This document shows positions 19,018 through 30,621 of a stretch of 64,000 nucleotides of DNA, piece after piece. Positions within the stretch are counted from its first letter, which is position 1. Every line of letters begins with the position of its first letter. The notes under the pieces are model-generated. The model searched no databases. It had not been told where the DNA came from and saw only the letters and a list, made by a program, of their open reading frames with translations. Source of the stretch: Cyanobacteria bacterium auto_48_18 (GTDB lineage Bacteria; Cyanobacteriota; Vampirovibrionia; Obscuribacterales; Obscuribacteraceae); NCBI GenBank assembly GCA_036170915.1, contig JAVHQC010000010.1, positions 96,001 through 160,000 on the forward strand, written 5' to 3'. Position numbers and translations under genes: made by a program.

Positions 19018-19866
19018 ATGCTTTATCGTCTGAACCGTTTATTCCACCCAAAATCGAAACGCACATTTGTTGTTGCAGTTGACCACGCCCTCTTCAACAA
19101 TGCTGCCTTTTTAGAAGGCATCGAAAACATGGAGAAAACTATCGCCGCCCTGGCTGATGCCAATCCAGATGCCATTCTTCTGTCACCAGGTGAAGCACCG
19201 CATCTGCAAAAGATTCCAGGCGGAAACAAACCGGCACTGATGATGAGAGCAGACACTGCCAATTTTTATAACGACGTATTGCCATCTTCAAAACTTTTTT
19301 GTGAGGCTTATGAAGAAGCAGTTGAAATGGCAGTGCGCCTCGACGCCGCTTGCATTTTGCTAAACCTTTTGCAAGTAGATGATTATCCTGAAATGCTCAA
19401 TCAATGCGTGCGCAATATTCTTCGCTTGAAAAACATTTGCGACCGTTACGGAATGCCAATGGGTATCGAGCCTCTATCATTTAAGAGAAGCAAAGATGGC
19501 ATGGTTGGCGACGGCAGCCCTGCCCGGGTGGTGACCTTGGCCCGCATGGCGGCTGAACTTGGCGCCGACTTAATTAAGACCGATTCTACCGAGCCAGAAG
19601 AAGAATTCCACCGTGTCATTGAAGCTGCCTCTGGCGTTCCTGTCACTGTTCGTGGCGGCGGACGCGCCTCTGACCATGAAGTGCTTGCCCACACAGAAAA
19701 ACTTGTAGGGCAGGGTGTGGCCGGCATTATTTATGGCCGCAACATTATTCAGCATCAAGATCCAAAAGGAATGACTCAAGCCTTGCAAGCCATTCTTCAC
19801 AACGAAGAAACCGCAGCTAGTGCCATTAAATACATTAAAAAAGAAGTTGCAACAGCCAATCGCTAA
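19018..19866 (+). CDS. Class I aldolase, DhnA/LsrF family
   Basis: VAVDH, AVRLDA, ARMAAELGADLIKT (Schiff-base Lys), VRGG, YGRNIIQH. Confidence 0.9.
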   Translation: MLYRLNRLFHPKSKRTFVVAVDHALFNNAAFLEGIENMEKTIAALADANPDAILLSPGEAPHLQKIPGGNKPALMMRADTANFYNDVLPSSKLFCEAYEEAVEMAVRLDAACILLNLLQVDDYPEMLNQCVRNILRLKNICDRYGMPMGIEPLSFKRSKDGMVGDGSPARVVTLARMAAELGADLIKTDSTEPEEEFHRVIEAASGVPVTVRGGGRASDHEVLAHTEKLVGQGVAGIIYGRNIIQHQDPKGMTQALQAILHNEETAASAIKYIKKEVATANR

Positions 19867-19942
19867 ATTGAACAATCCACGGATTACAAGTGGCGAATCA
19901 CGGAATTAGAAAAAAACTGCAACCAACAGAAGTCAGGAGTTT

Positions 19943-20506
19943 GTGATGAAGCAAAGTGAGATTAATCAACTTTGTCGCGAGGCAGCCGATTGCTTGGAAA
20001 AGCATAAATGGGTGCTGCCCCCGCAACCAGAATGGTCGGCTACAGATTTTGGTCTTGGTGATTACGAGAAAGTCGGCCTCGTAGAAGTGCTTCTGGCCAA
20101 TGAGCCCGAATACTGCGAAAAAATCATGTACGCTCGAGAAGGCATGGTCACACCAGCACATACGCACTACGAAAAAAAAGAAGACATCATCTGTCGCCAG
20201 GGTCGCTTGCAGATTACGCTCTGGTCAAAAAATCCGGGCGAAAATAAAGCCGAAGGTTCAGTAGATGTGAAAATCAACCGCAAAATGGAAACTCGCCAAT
20301 CAGGCGTACCGTTTGAACTGGCGGCCGGTTCTCGCATCACACTAACTTCGGGCATCTGGCACGAATTTGTGCCTGTGGGTGGCGCCTGTGTAATCGGCGA
20401 AGTCAGTACTTTTTGCAACGAAGAGACCGACAATATTTTCGCCGACCCTAAAATTGATATCTTCCAAGCACCGCAAGCTGACGAACCGGTGGCCTTGCCC
20501 GTTTAG
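19943..20506 (+). CDS. D-lyxose/D-mannose family ketol-isomerase (cupin)
   Basis: TDFGLG, YCEKIM, TPAHTHYEKKEDII, WHEF, IGEVSTFCNEETDNIF. Confidence 0.88.
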   Translation: MMKQSEINQLCREAADCLEKHKWVLPPQPEWSATDFGLGDYEKVGLVEVLLANEPEYCEKIMYAREGMVTPAHTHYEKKEDIICRQGRLQITLWSKNPGENKAEGSVDVKINRKMETRQSGVPFELAAGSRITLTSGIWHEFVPVGGACVIGEVSTFCNEETDNIFADPKIDIFQAPQADEPVALPV

Positions 20507-20521
20507 ACCCTGACACTATTT

Positions 20522-21229
20522 ATGATACCAGTGGAGTTTAGCTCAATGGCACTTCCTCACGCTCTTATTTTTGATATGGACGGCCTGATGCTCGACACCG
20601 AAGGGCACTATAAGCGTGCCTGGACACAAGCAGCCAGAGAAATGAATTTTGGTCTTACTGACTCTCTCTATCTGAAATTAATCGGCATCACGGTTGCAGA
20701 TGCAGAAGATGTTTTGGCAAAAGAATTTGGCGCAAGTTTTGATAAAGACAAATTTCACCTGCGCGCTCAAGAACTTTACGAAGAGCTGCATACGAAAGAA
20801 GGTTTAGCCCTAAAACCCGGCGTCAAAGAGCTTCTAATCTGGGCGCGCGATAATAACATTCCCTGTGCCGTGGGCACATCTACGGTAAGAGAAGAAGCTG
20901 TAAAAAGACTTTTGCACCATGAAATTCATGACTATTTTGTTGTTGTAATTGGTGGCGATATGGTCAAACGCGGCAAGCCCAATCCAGATATTTTCCTCAT
21001 GGCTCAATCAGAACTAGGTCTTTCTGCAGACAATTGCCTGGTGCTAGAAGACGCTCACAGTGGCCTTCTAGCGGCACGAGCTGGTGGCATGCGCTCGTGC
21101 CTTGTGCCAGACTTGTTGCCACCATCGGCAGAATCACGTCGCCTGGCTGAAGGAGTTTTTGACTCGCTTCATCATGTGCGCGAATGGCTGGCCAAAGACT
21201 GTCCTGTCTCGGAAGAATGCAGGCACTAA
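20522..21229 (+). CDS. HAD-family phosphatase (beta-PGM/CbbY-like)
   Basis: IFDMDGLMLDTE, GKPNPDIF, LVLEDAHSG. Confidence 0.92.
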   Translation: MIPVEFSSMALPHALIFDMDGLMLDTEGHYKRAWTQAAREMNFGLTDSLYLKLIGITVADAEDVLAKEFGASFDKDKFHLRAQELYEELHTKEGLALKPGVKELLIWARDNNIPCAVGTSTVREEAVKRLLHHEIHDYFVVVIGGDMVKRGKPNPDIFLMAQSELGLSADNCLVLEDAHSGLLAARAGGMRSCLVPDLLPPSAESRRLAEGVFDSLHHVREWLAKDCPVSEECRH

Positions 21230-22423
21230 TTGTCAGTTTCAACAGAACTTAAACCGCGCGTGCTGACAAATTTGTGTTACTGCGCCATGATGAGCCTGGC
21301 TATCGGCGTTAATTTGCTGCCCATTTTTCTGGTCTCAATTCAACACTCTTTTCCTGGTGCCAGCGGCGCGCTTTTAAGCAAAGAAGAACTGGGCCGCCTG
21401 GGCTCCTTTACTTTTAGCGGGCTGGTGGCTGCTATTCTATTTACGGGACCATTGGCAGATCGTTATGGCGCCAAAGTCTTCAGTTTAATCGGCAACGGCT
21501 TGCTGGTAGTCGGGCTTCTACTAACAGCATGGTCGCCCAATTACACAATACTGTTATGGGCCAATTTTGTATTGGGCTTCGGCGCTGGGGTGCTCGACAT
21601 GGTTTTGAGCCCTGTAGTGTCGGCGTTGAACCCCGACAACCGCTCAGCGTCAATGAACTGGCTGCATTCGTTTTATTGCGTGGGCGCCACGTTAACTGTG
21701 CTGGCAGGCACCATTGCCTTACAGATGGAAATCTCATGGCGCATTGCGGCTCTGCTCTTAATTCCACTACCTGCGGTGCTGATTTTTGCCCTTGGTGCAG
21801 TTAAATTTCCGGCTCTCACTGTGGAAGGTGGCGAGCGCACACCGGCGCGACAATTGCTGCGTCAATTGTGGTTCGTCGGAGCCCTGGCAGCGCTTTTTCT
21901 AGGCGGAGCAACCGAACTTGGTATGGCACAATGGTTGCCTGCTTACGCTGAACTCTCGCTGCAATATCCACAATGGGTAGGTGGAGCAGCGCTATTTGGT
22001 TTTTCAGTCTGCATGGCCATCGGCCGCATGGGCATCGGCGCTCTCAGCACGCGCTTAGACTCTTACACGATCATGGCCTGGGGTTGCGGCCTCTCGGTGG
22101 TTCTCTTCTTGGTTGGTTCTTTCTGCCCGGTTAAACTGCTCGCACTAATTGCCTGTATTCTGGCGGGCTTAACCGGAAGTTGTTTGTGGCCAACCATGTT
22201 GGCAGTGACCGCAGATAAGTACCCTGATGGCGGCGCCACCATGTTCGGTGCGCTTGCTGCTTTTGGTAATGCCGGCGGCATATTCATGCCCTGGCTAGTG
22301 GGAATAATTGCCGACCGTTATGATTTGCACTGGGGCCTGGCTATATCAGCTCTGGCACCACTTTTGATGCTGCCGCTAGTTATGGCGCTGGGGCGACGGG
22401 CGCCGAAAGCTGTGAAGGCTTAA
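21230..22423 (+). CDS. MFS transporter (sugar permease-like)
   Basis: About 12 TM helices; GPLADRYGAK motif A; MNWLHSFYCVGA. Confidence 0.9.
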   Translation: MSVSTELKPRVLTNLCYCAMMSLAIGVNLLPIFLVSIQHSFPGASGALLSKEELGRLGSFTFSGLVAAILFTGPLADRYGAKVFSLIGNGLLVVGLLLTAWSPNYTILLWANFVLGFGAGVLDMVLSPVVSALNPDNRSASMNWLHSFYCVGATLTVLAGTIALQMEISWRIAALLLIPLPAVLIFALGAVKFPALTVEGGERTPARQLLRQLWFVGALAALFLGGATELGMAQWLPAYAELSLQYPQWVGGAALFGFSVCMAIGRMGIGALSTRLDSYTIMAWGCGLSVVLFLVGSFCPVKLLALIACILAGLTGSCLWPTMLAVTADKYPDGGATMFGALAAFGNAGGIFMPWLVGIIADRYDLHWGLAISALAPLLMLPLVMALGRRAPKAVKA

Positions 22424-22440
22424 GGGCAATTTGGCAAAAG

Positions 22441-23925
<1,485 letters not shown>

Positions 23926-23958
23926 TTAACTTTCCTCTGCAATAACTTCTGCGGTAAC

Positions 23959-25206
23959 TTATGTTTTTACTTCTGGTATCACATCAGATGACACCAACGG
24001 CTCTTCCACGTTTCTAACTTTGGCCCAAAAGAGGGGAATACATAAGAGGAACAGTACGCTCATAATCGTGAGAATATGTATCAGCTGCAATTTATGAGCG
24101 GCGTCAGTAACGAATTCGACGTAGGCGTCAACGCCGAGCATTCCTAGCGAATAGGCGAGGTTGTAGACTGCGTAAGCGATGGCATAAGAGGTAGAGCCCC
24201 TGCGGTCAACCGCATCACCTAACTCGGCTGAAGTTGGGTTCATTGTCAATGCATAGCCCATTGTGATCGTGCACAGAACAGCCGTAGCCAGCACCAGATT
24301 TGGTGTCAACGCCAATAGCGGCATTGACACCGCTGTGGTGAAGAGGCCCAGTATAACTGTCTGACGCACCCCAATGCGATCAGACACAAAAGATACTGCC
24401 GGCGGCATAAATGCGTAAATCAAATTGGAAAAAGTAAACAGCAAACCAACCATTGAGGGTGTGGCATTGGCAATGCGAATCACATGCATGGGAAACAATG
24501 GTTCCATCAGCGACCAGCCGGCAGCGGCTAGAGATACGGCAAATCCGGCCGATAGTACAGCTTTATCAGTGACGATTCCGCCCAATTCTCTAAAGGTTTG
24601 ATTCCACGTGCCTTTTGCTTTTGCTACACGATGCTTCGATATAAATACACAGCGCAATATTGCGTCGATGGCAAGGAAAAACAGCATGATAAAAAAGGGC
24701 GGATAATAACCCCATAAATCGTACAATTCGCCGCCCACAAGCGGCCCTGCCACAGAACCAATGGTGCCACCAAGCAAGGCAAAACCCATGGCCCTGACAC
24801 GATGTACTACGTGATACTCAGCCACTAGAGCCAAACCGGCAGTCCAGGTGCAGGCAGCTCCTGCCCCCTGCAAGATTCTTGATGCTATTACCATCTCGTG
24901 GGTATTGCCGACCATAAACAAAACGGTGGCGAGAAATAGAAGAACTACGCCGACGATCATCGGTTGGCGTCGGCCGATGCGGTCAGTAATCAAAGCTAGA
25001 ATGGGTGTAGCAAGAATCAAGCCAATAGCGTAGGCACCATATAAGGTGCTCACCATATGCTCGTCTTTGATGTGGGCCGGCGACATGGGTGTCAGTGGAA
25101 CCACAGCTCCATACAGCACCTCTTCAACACAAAGGGCGAATGAAACCACAAAGAGAACCATTTTGGGAGAAGATTGCAGCTTTTCAATCCAAGCCATCGA
25201 TATCAA
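23959..25206 (-). CDS. MFS transporter, SLC18 vesicular amine transporter-like
   Basis: TDRIGRRQPM, SRILQGAGAACTWTAGLALVA, LMEPLFPMH, VDRRGSTSYAIAYAVYNLAYSLG. Confidence 0.85.
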   Translation of the reverse strand: MISMAWIEKLQSSPKMVLFVVSFALCVEEVLYGAVVPLTPMSPAHIKDEHMVSTLYGAYAIGLILATPILALITDRIGRRQPMIVGVVLLFLATVLFMVGNTHEMVIASRILQGAGAACTWTAGLALVAEYHVVHRVRAMGFALLGGTIGSVAGPLVGGELYDLWGYYPPFFIMLFFLAIDAILRCVFISKHRVAKAKGTWNQTFRELGGIVTDKAVLSAGFAVSLAAAGWSLMEPLFPMHVIRIANATPSMVGLLFTFSNLIYAFMPPAVSFVSDRIGVRQTVILGLFTTAVSMPLLALTPNLVLATAVLCTITMGYALTMNPTSAELGDAVDRRGSTSYAIAYAVYNLAYSLGMLGVDAYVEFVTDAAHKLQLIHILTIMSVLFLLCIPLFWAKVRNVEEPLVSSDVIPEVKT

Positions 25207-25311
25207 CCATCTGGAAACGGCGTCACAGCGTTGAGTTTAGCGCCTTTGACTGTAGCTGTCACACGAGCACACTTGGCAAGCCTCGGGAAATGTAGGGAAT
25301 AGGGCATATAA

Positions 25312-26280
25312 TTGAGGGACGACACCAAGGAAATTTCAATTTTGAGAATTCATGCATTTGCAACGGTAGTCTGTATCTCATTTAGTGTTATTTTTGCCTT
25401 GATGGCGCAGGCAAAACCGCCAGCTATGCGTAAAGTGCATTTTCCGGCAAAATCTATCGGCAAAGCTCACTTGATGACGTCTGAGTGGATCACACTCGGT
25501 AGCATCAACGGGCGCTTTCTTGGTTCAGCAGGCGGTGACTATCTTATACCGGCAACCGAAAAAGTGGCGCTCGATCTTGATCCAAGAGTGGCCGAAAATC
25601 CCACGATGCTCACCGACTTGGCGCCGGATGCGGTGACCGCAATACGGCTGCTGTATGCCGATACACCAGACAGCTTCCTTCCTGCCATAAGCAAATTGTC
25701 AGGCCTGCACAGGCTCGAAATGAGGGAATGCAGTGTTTCGGAAGACGGCCTTTCACAGCTGGCAAAAATAAAAAATCTGGAAAGACTAGTGATTGAAAAT
25801 TCCGATTTTAAAGGAGACTACGGCAAGGGACTTTCAAAGATAAAAAGCTTACGCTTCTTAAGCCTTGCCGGAAATCACGTTGCACCATCTACAGTAGCAA
25901 CAATTTCTAAATTGCCTAATCTTGAATATTTATGCTTGTCGCGCTGTGCACTTTCAAATGAGGCCATTAAATCGGTGAGTTCACTTAAACGACTTAAACA
26001 CCTCGACATCAGCTCCAATGCCGGCCTCAGCGCAGCAGGCCTGCAATATTTGAAAGCATGTCCGGCTCTAGATACAATAAGAGTTCCATTCACGACCATT
26101 AGAGCTCACGACTTACTACGGTTGAAAGGCCTGGCACTGACTCATGCGGAGCTGCATGAAACTAGCCTTACATCAGCAGAAATGGCACAACTGAAAAAAG
26201 CGTTCCCAAAGTGCAAATTTGCTCTCCGTCCAAGGGAGCTCAAAGGTGATGACAAAATGCTTTTTGCGCCTATCCGGTAG
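25312..26280 (+). CDS. Exported leucine-rich repeat protein
   Basis: Signal/TM then LxxLxL repeats (LHRLEM, LERLVI, LRFLSL, LEYLCL, LKHLDI). Confidence 0.88.
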   Translation: MRDDTKEISILRIHAFATVVCISFSVIFALMAQAKPPAMRKVHFPAKSIGKAHLMTSEWITLGSINGRFLGSAGGDYLIPATEKVALDLDPRVAENPTMLTDLAPDAVTAIRLLYADTPDSFLPAISKLSGLHRLEMRECSVSEDGLSQLAKIKNLERLVIENSDFKGDYGKGLSKIKSLRFLSLAGNHVAPSTVATISKLPNLEYLCLSRCALSNEAIKSVSSLKRLKHLDISSNAGLSAAGLQYLKACPALDTIRVPFTTIRAHDLLRLKGLALTHAELHETSLTSAEMAQLKKAFPKCKFALRPRELKGDDKMLFAPIR

Positions 26281-26281
26281 T

Positions 26282-26365
26282 TTAGGTAGGCCATTGCGGT
26301 CAATAAACCAAATTATTTGACATAATGGCTCCTGTTCAAGTCACTACCTAACAGCGACTGAACAG
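26282..26365 (+). ncRNA. Candidate structured cis-RNA (two hairpins plus pseudoknot)
   Basis: GCCATT/AATGGC and GTCAA/TTGAC stems; CTGTTCA/TGAACAG plus GTC/GAC stem; TTAGGTAG complementary to loop CTACCTAA. Confidence 0.35.
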
Positions 26366-26405
26366 CCTTGAAAAAGTTTCATCTGGATAAAATAAAGGAA
26401 AACCT

Positions 26406-27542
26406 ATGTCTAAGTTTGATTCTGTCTGGCGCTCATTAGATAAAACAGTCGATGCTAAATGGGCACCCGGAATTGTAGCCGGTGTCAGGCACAACGGCGT
26501 CACAGAGTTGTATGCCACAGGTCTGCGTAGTTACGACGCACCAGATGTGATGCAAACAAGTACGCCCTTCCGCATTGCCTCTTTAAGCAAACCACTGGCA
26601 GGTGCGCTTACAGCCTTAATGATCGCAGACGGAGTCTTTGCCCTTGATGATTCAGTCGAGCGCTGGCTGCCTGAATTGTCTAATCAAAAAGTACTTACGC
26701 ATCCGCACGCCGCTCTTGATCAAACCGTGGCTGCCGACAGACCAATCACCATTCGCCATCTGCTGACCATGACAAACGGTATTGGAGCCTTCTTCACCAA
26801 AACACCACTAGCAGTGGCAATGTTATCGGCGGGCCTATCGCCCAGTCCAATTCCGCCTCAGATGTCTGCCGATGAGTTTATGGCCGCCATCGCCAAACTT
26901 CCATTAGCTTATCAGCCTGGCGAACATTGGATGTATCACACTGCCAGCGACATTTTATCAGTGCTGCTGACTCGCGCAGCAAACAAATCATTGGGCGAAC
27001 TTTTAAAAGAAAAAATCACCGGTCCGCTGAACATGCATTCCACAAGTTTCGCTTCAGAAAATACAATCTTGGCCTCGGCATACAGGCCCACACCGCGTGG
27101 CATTGTTGCTTTTGACGAATACAACGAGGCATTTGCACAAGCACCAAAATTCGAAAGCTTGGGCGGCGGGCTGGTTTCTACAGTGCCCGACTATCTCGCT
27201 TTTCTTAGCGCCCTTGCCGACGACACTCTACTGCCGGCTGAGTTGCGCGCGCAAATGACCTCCGATCAGCTGAGTGCCGAACAGAAGGCTGGTATCACAG
27301 AAATGATGGGGCCGACAAAAACCTGGGGCTGGCAGCTGGCCATCGAACTCGCTGTCAGTGAGCCGTGGACGGCGCCCGGGCGTTACGGCTGGACAGGTGG
27401 CTCCGGAACCAGTGCTGTTGTGGATCCTTCCCGCGATCTCATCGGCGTTGTCTTCACTCAACGGCTGATGTCTGGGCCCAATGAGAATTTTTCCTATTTC
27501 TGGGAGCCTCTAGCCGCCGCCGTGAGCCTCCAAGTAATATGA
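26406..27542 (+). CDS. Serine hydrolase, beta-lactamase class C / family VIII esterase
   Basis: FRIASLSK (SxxK), IRHLLT, WMYH, GRYGWTGGSGT; AAGGA RBS; no signal peptide. Confidence 0.92.
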   Translation: MSKFDSVWRSLDKTVDAKWAPGIVAGVRHNGVTELYATGLRSYDAPDVMQTSTPFRIASLSKPLAGALTALMIADGVFALDDSVERWLPELSNQKVLTHPHAALDQTVAADRPITIRHLLTMTNGIGAFFTKTPLAVAMLSAGLSPSPIPPQMSADEFMAAIAKLPLAYQPGEHWMYHTASDILSVLLTRAANKSLGELLKEKITGPLNMHSTSFASENTILASAYRPTPRGIVAFDEYNEAFAQAPKFESLGGGLVSTVPDYLAFLSALADDTLLPAELRAQMTSDQLSAEQKAGITEMMGPTKTWGWQLAIELAVSEPWTAPGRYGWTGGSGTSAVVDPSRDLIGVVFTQRLMSGPNENFSYFWEPLAAAVSLQVI

Positions 27543-27620
27543 TAAATGTGACAAATCGCCCTTTGGTTGGCCACACTGAATAATCAAGTGCAAAGGTCTC
27601 CCGTTAACGGACTTTGAAAA

Positions 27621-29330
27621 ATGACTAAGAAACTGGCAATCGTAGGCGGTGGACCAGCCGCCCTCATGGTCTATAAACGACTTGTTGGTTTAAATACAAA
27701 GCTCAGCATTGATATTTTTGAGGCATCCGAGACTCTCGGCAGTGGCATGCCATACAGCCCTTCAGGTGCAGGCGCTGAGCACGTCACCAATGTCTCGTCA
27801 GACGAATTACCTGAGCTTCTGGTGCCGCTGGCCGATTGGTTGAGAGCACTGCCCCAAACCACTCTTGAACAATTTGCAATTCGACGAGAAGAATTTCACG
27901 AAAAGAAAATCTTGCCTCGTTTGTTGTTTGGTCAATACTTGACTGCTCAATTCAATCAAGCCATAGACCTGAGTGCACAAAAAAATATTGAAACGCAAGT
28001 GCATTACAAAACGGTGGTCACCGATATTGGCGAAAGTGAAGCGTCCAGCAAAGCCTCTGCGAAAGTTACAGTAGTCACCGCCGAAGGTGCTTCAGACTTT
28101 GACTGCGTAATTATTTGCACAGGCCACCACTGGCCACATGAGCGCGAAGGCAAAGTGCCTGGATATTTCGATTCGCCCTATCCACCCGCAAAGCTGGCCA
28201 AGCATTTTAATCATAAAATTACTGTGCGCGGCAGTTCGTTGACAGCTGTTGATGCCATTCGTACAACCGCACGACATAACGGCGCGTTCAAATGGATTGG
28301 CGCAAGGCTAACGTTTAAACTCAATGACGATTCGCCGCAATTTCGTATTGCCATGCACTCTCGACATGGCTTGTTGCCTTGCATTCGCGTGCACCTAGAA
28401 GAGCCTCACGCAGGTGGGAAGTCGCTGATTTCGCCTGAAGGTATTGAAGAAAATATACGCAAAAATGACGGTTTTCTCGAGCTTGATTATCTATTTGAAC
28501 AAGGTTTCAAATTGCCGCTGAAAGAAAGTGACCCGGCATTTTATGAACGCATTAAATCAATGAACATCGAAGAGTTTGTTGACGCCATGATGAAGTCGCG
28601 TGAAGCGATTGATCCTTTCACCCTATTTAAGAAAGAATATGTGGAAGCGAAAAAATCCATCGAACAAGAGCGTCCCGTCTACTGGAAAGAGATGCTTTCG
28701 GCTCTGAGCTTTGCTATGAATTATCCGGCTAAATATCTATCAGCCGAAGACATGCTGCGTTTGCGCAAACATCTTATGCCTCTTATTTCTGTGGTAATCG
28801 CCTTCATGCCGCAATCTTCTTGTGAAGAACTAATGGCCTTGCATGACGCCGGAATACTTGAACTAATTTCTGACGGCGATGGCGGAGAAGCTGAAATCAC
28901 AGACGACAATAGAATTATTTACTGCTATGAAGACGACGATGGCAATGAGCAAAAGGTCGAATGCCAAACATTTATAGATTGCATTGGCCAAAAGCCATTG
29001 GCACTCGAACGATTTCCATTTCAGGGCCTGATTAAGGGCGGCACTGTTAGCCACGCTCGCTTAAAATTCAAATCTTCAAAGAGAGCAAAAGAACTTACTG
29101 CCGATGGCGAAAAAAACATTGAAGAGTTGAATGGCGAATATTATTTGCGAGTCTCTGGGGCGAACATCTCAGATAATTTTCAAGTCGTCGATGCCCAAGG
29201 TAAAGCGAGCGAACGTGTTTATTTGATGGCAGTGCCATACATGAGTGGATTCAATCCCGATTATTCAGGGCTCGATTTTTGTGAGCGTGCTTCAGAACTA
29301 ATTGTGTCGCATATTTCGCAAGTGCAATAA
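27621..29330 (+). CDS. FAD/NAD(P)-binding protein
   Basis: AIVGGGPAA, LGSGMPYS, PRLLFGQYL, ICTGH, GSSLTAVD. Confidence 0.85.
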   Translation: MTKKLAIVGGGPAALMVYKRLVGLNTKLSIDIFEASETLGSGMPYSPSGAGAEHVTNVSSDELPELLVPLADWLRALPQTTLEQFAIRREEFHEKKILPRLLFGQYLTAQFNQAIDLSAQKNIETQVHYKTVVTDIGESEASSKASAKVTVVTAEGASDFDCVIICTGHHWPHEREGKVPGYFDSPYPPAKLAKHFNHKITVRGSSLTAVDAIRTTARHNGAFKWIGARLTFKLNDDSPQFRIAMHSRHGLLPCIRVHLEEPHAGGKSLISPEGIEENIRKNDGFLELDYLFEQGFKLPLKESDPAFYERIKSMNIEEFVDAMMKSREAIDPFTLFKKEYVEAKKSIEQERPVYWKEMLSALSFAMNYPAKYLSAEDMLRLRKHLMPLISVVIAFMPQSSCEELMALHDAGILELISDGDGGEAEITDDNRIIYCYEDDDGNEQKVECQTFIDCIGQKPLALERFPFQGLIKGGTVSHARLKFKSSKRAKELTADGEKNIEELNGEYYLRVSGANISDNFQVVDAQGKASERVYLMAVPYMSGFNPDYSGLDFCERASELIVSHISQVQ

Positions 29331-29361
29331 CGCAGCACAAAGTGCCCGCGTTCATCAATAT

Positions 29362-30621
29362 CTACTTCTCAAATTCATCGGGCAATTTAAACACGTTGAC
29401 AAACGATGTGCCTTTGGCAGATTGCACATTGGTGCCGGTCTGCCAGCTAGCAAAATTGGCTGGCGACATTTTATAACTAGTACCCTTAGTGGCATTTGCA
29501 TCATCTAAAGTGCCATTAAAACTCAATAGGCGTTTTGCATCAGGCGTAAGGAATGGGCCATCCAGATCGCCACCAAAGCCTTTAGAAGAGAGATATAGAT
29601 TGGTGCCGTCTACGCGATACTGGCCGCTTTGTTGCTCAAAAAGCTTTTTATCAAACATGCTTACTGGCAGATAAGAAAAATCAATCTGTCCACGACCCGC
29701 TTCAGTAATCGAATTATTTGCACTGTAATCAGCCATTTTGCCCTCAGGGTCAAGAGCTGAATATTGCTTGTCTGCAGCAAGAAGGCCTATATTGAGACTA
29801 TCGGCACCTTTGTTGCCACCAGCAGCCACAACTTCCAAACCGCGCTCTTGCAACTTTTCAATGCCGTCAGTTATTGCAAGCACGTGTCGCATAAATGCTC
29901 TATCGTTGCGCGAGAACTGATTTGAATTGACATTGTCGCGCATAGCATCGAGTACATGCTCTTTTTCATCGCGAATATTCTCGGCAGTGACCGGGAATCC
30001 AACCAGATTACTCACATCTTTGAATGATGTTTCCAGGCCTAAACTAATATTGACGACATCGCCCTTTTTCAAATCAATTGTGCCATCACTCATACCTTTA
30101 TCGATCTGGCTGAGCGCGCCGGGAATATCCCTATTATTGGCTTTTAGCAGACCCACTTGCATGCGCGTCACATTCAGGCCATTCTCTTCCGCCAGGCGGG
30201 CGCTCAGCTCCCCGTGAGAAAAGCCTTTGTCGTCTTCTAGGAGAATGTCGGTTTCACGGTAATCATCGAGAACAAGCACATTACTTTTGGTGGAATCAGC
30301 CTCAATGCGCCTGGGCAAAATGCTAGCTGGCACCGGATATTGCACTTTTTCTGCGGGTGAGCCGGCACCAGAGTCGACTTTAGCCTCAGGCGCTAGCGGC
30401 AATTTTGGAATTTCTAGGCTTTTCTGCTGGCTATCCGAACCTGGAGTTCTGGCTGGCGATTTAGCCATTTCGGGAGTGCGAGTGGTCATTAAATCGCCGT
30501 CTTTTGCCCAATCAGGACTAGCGCCGGGGTTAAGCCCACCGTCCTTGGCTTCAACTTTTAATTCGGCACTGGTGCGCTTTTCAGGCACTGGCCGGTCTTC
30601 GACCAAATGAGGATCTCCCAA
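29362..30621 (-). CDS. Divergent subtilase (S8)-like protein with disordered leader
   Basis: VLVLDD, SHG, VVNISLG, VVAAGGN, ADYSAN, GTSF in subtilase order. Confidence 0.65.
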   Translation of the reverse strand: MGDPHLVEDRPVPEKRTSAELKVEAKDGGLNPGASPDWAKDGDLMTTRTPEMAKSPARTPGSDSQQKSLEIPKLPLAPEAKVDSGAGSPAEKVQYPVPASILPRRIEADSTKSNVLVLDDYRETDILLEDDKGFSHGELSARLAEENGLNVTRMQVGLLKANNRDIPGALSQIDKGMSDGTIDLKKGDVVNISLGLETSFKDVSNLVGFPVTAENIRDEKEHVLDAMRDNVNSNQFSRNDRAFMRHVLAITDGIEKLQERGLEVVAAGGNKGADSLNIGLLAADKQYSALDPEGKMADYSANNSITEAGRGQIDFSYLPVSMFDKKLFEQQSGQYRVDGTNLYLSSKGFGGDLDGPFLTPDAKRLLSFNGTLDDANATKGTSYKMSPANFASWQTGTNVQSAKGTSFVNVFKLPDEFEK

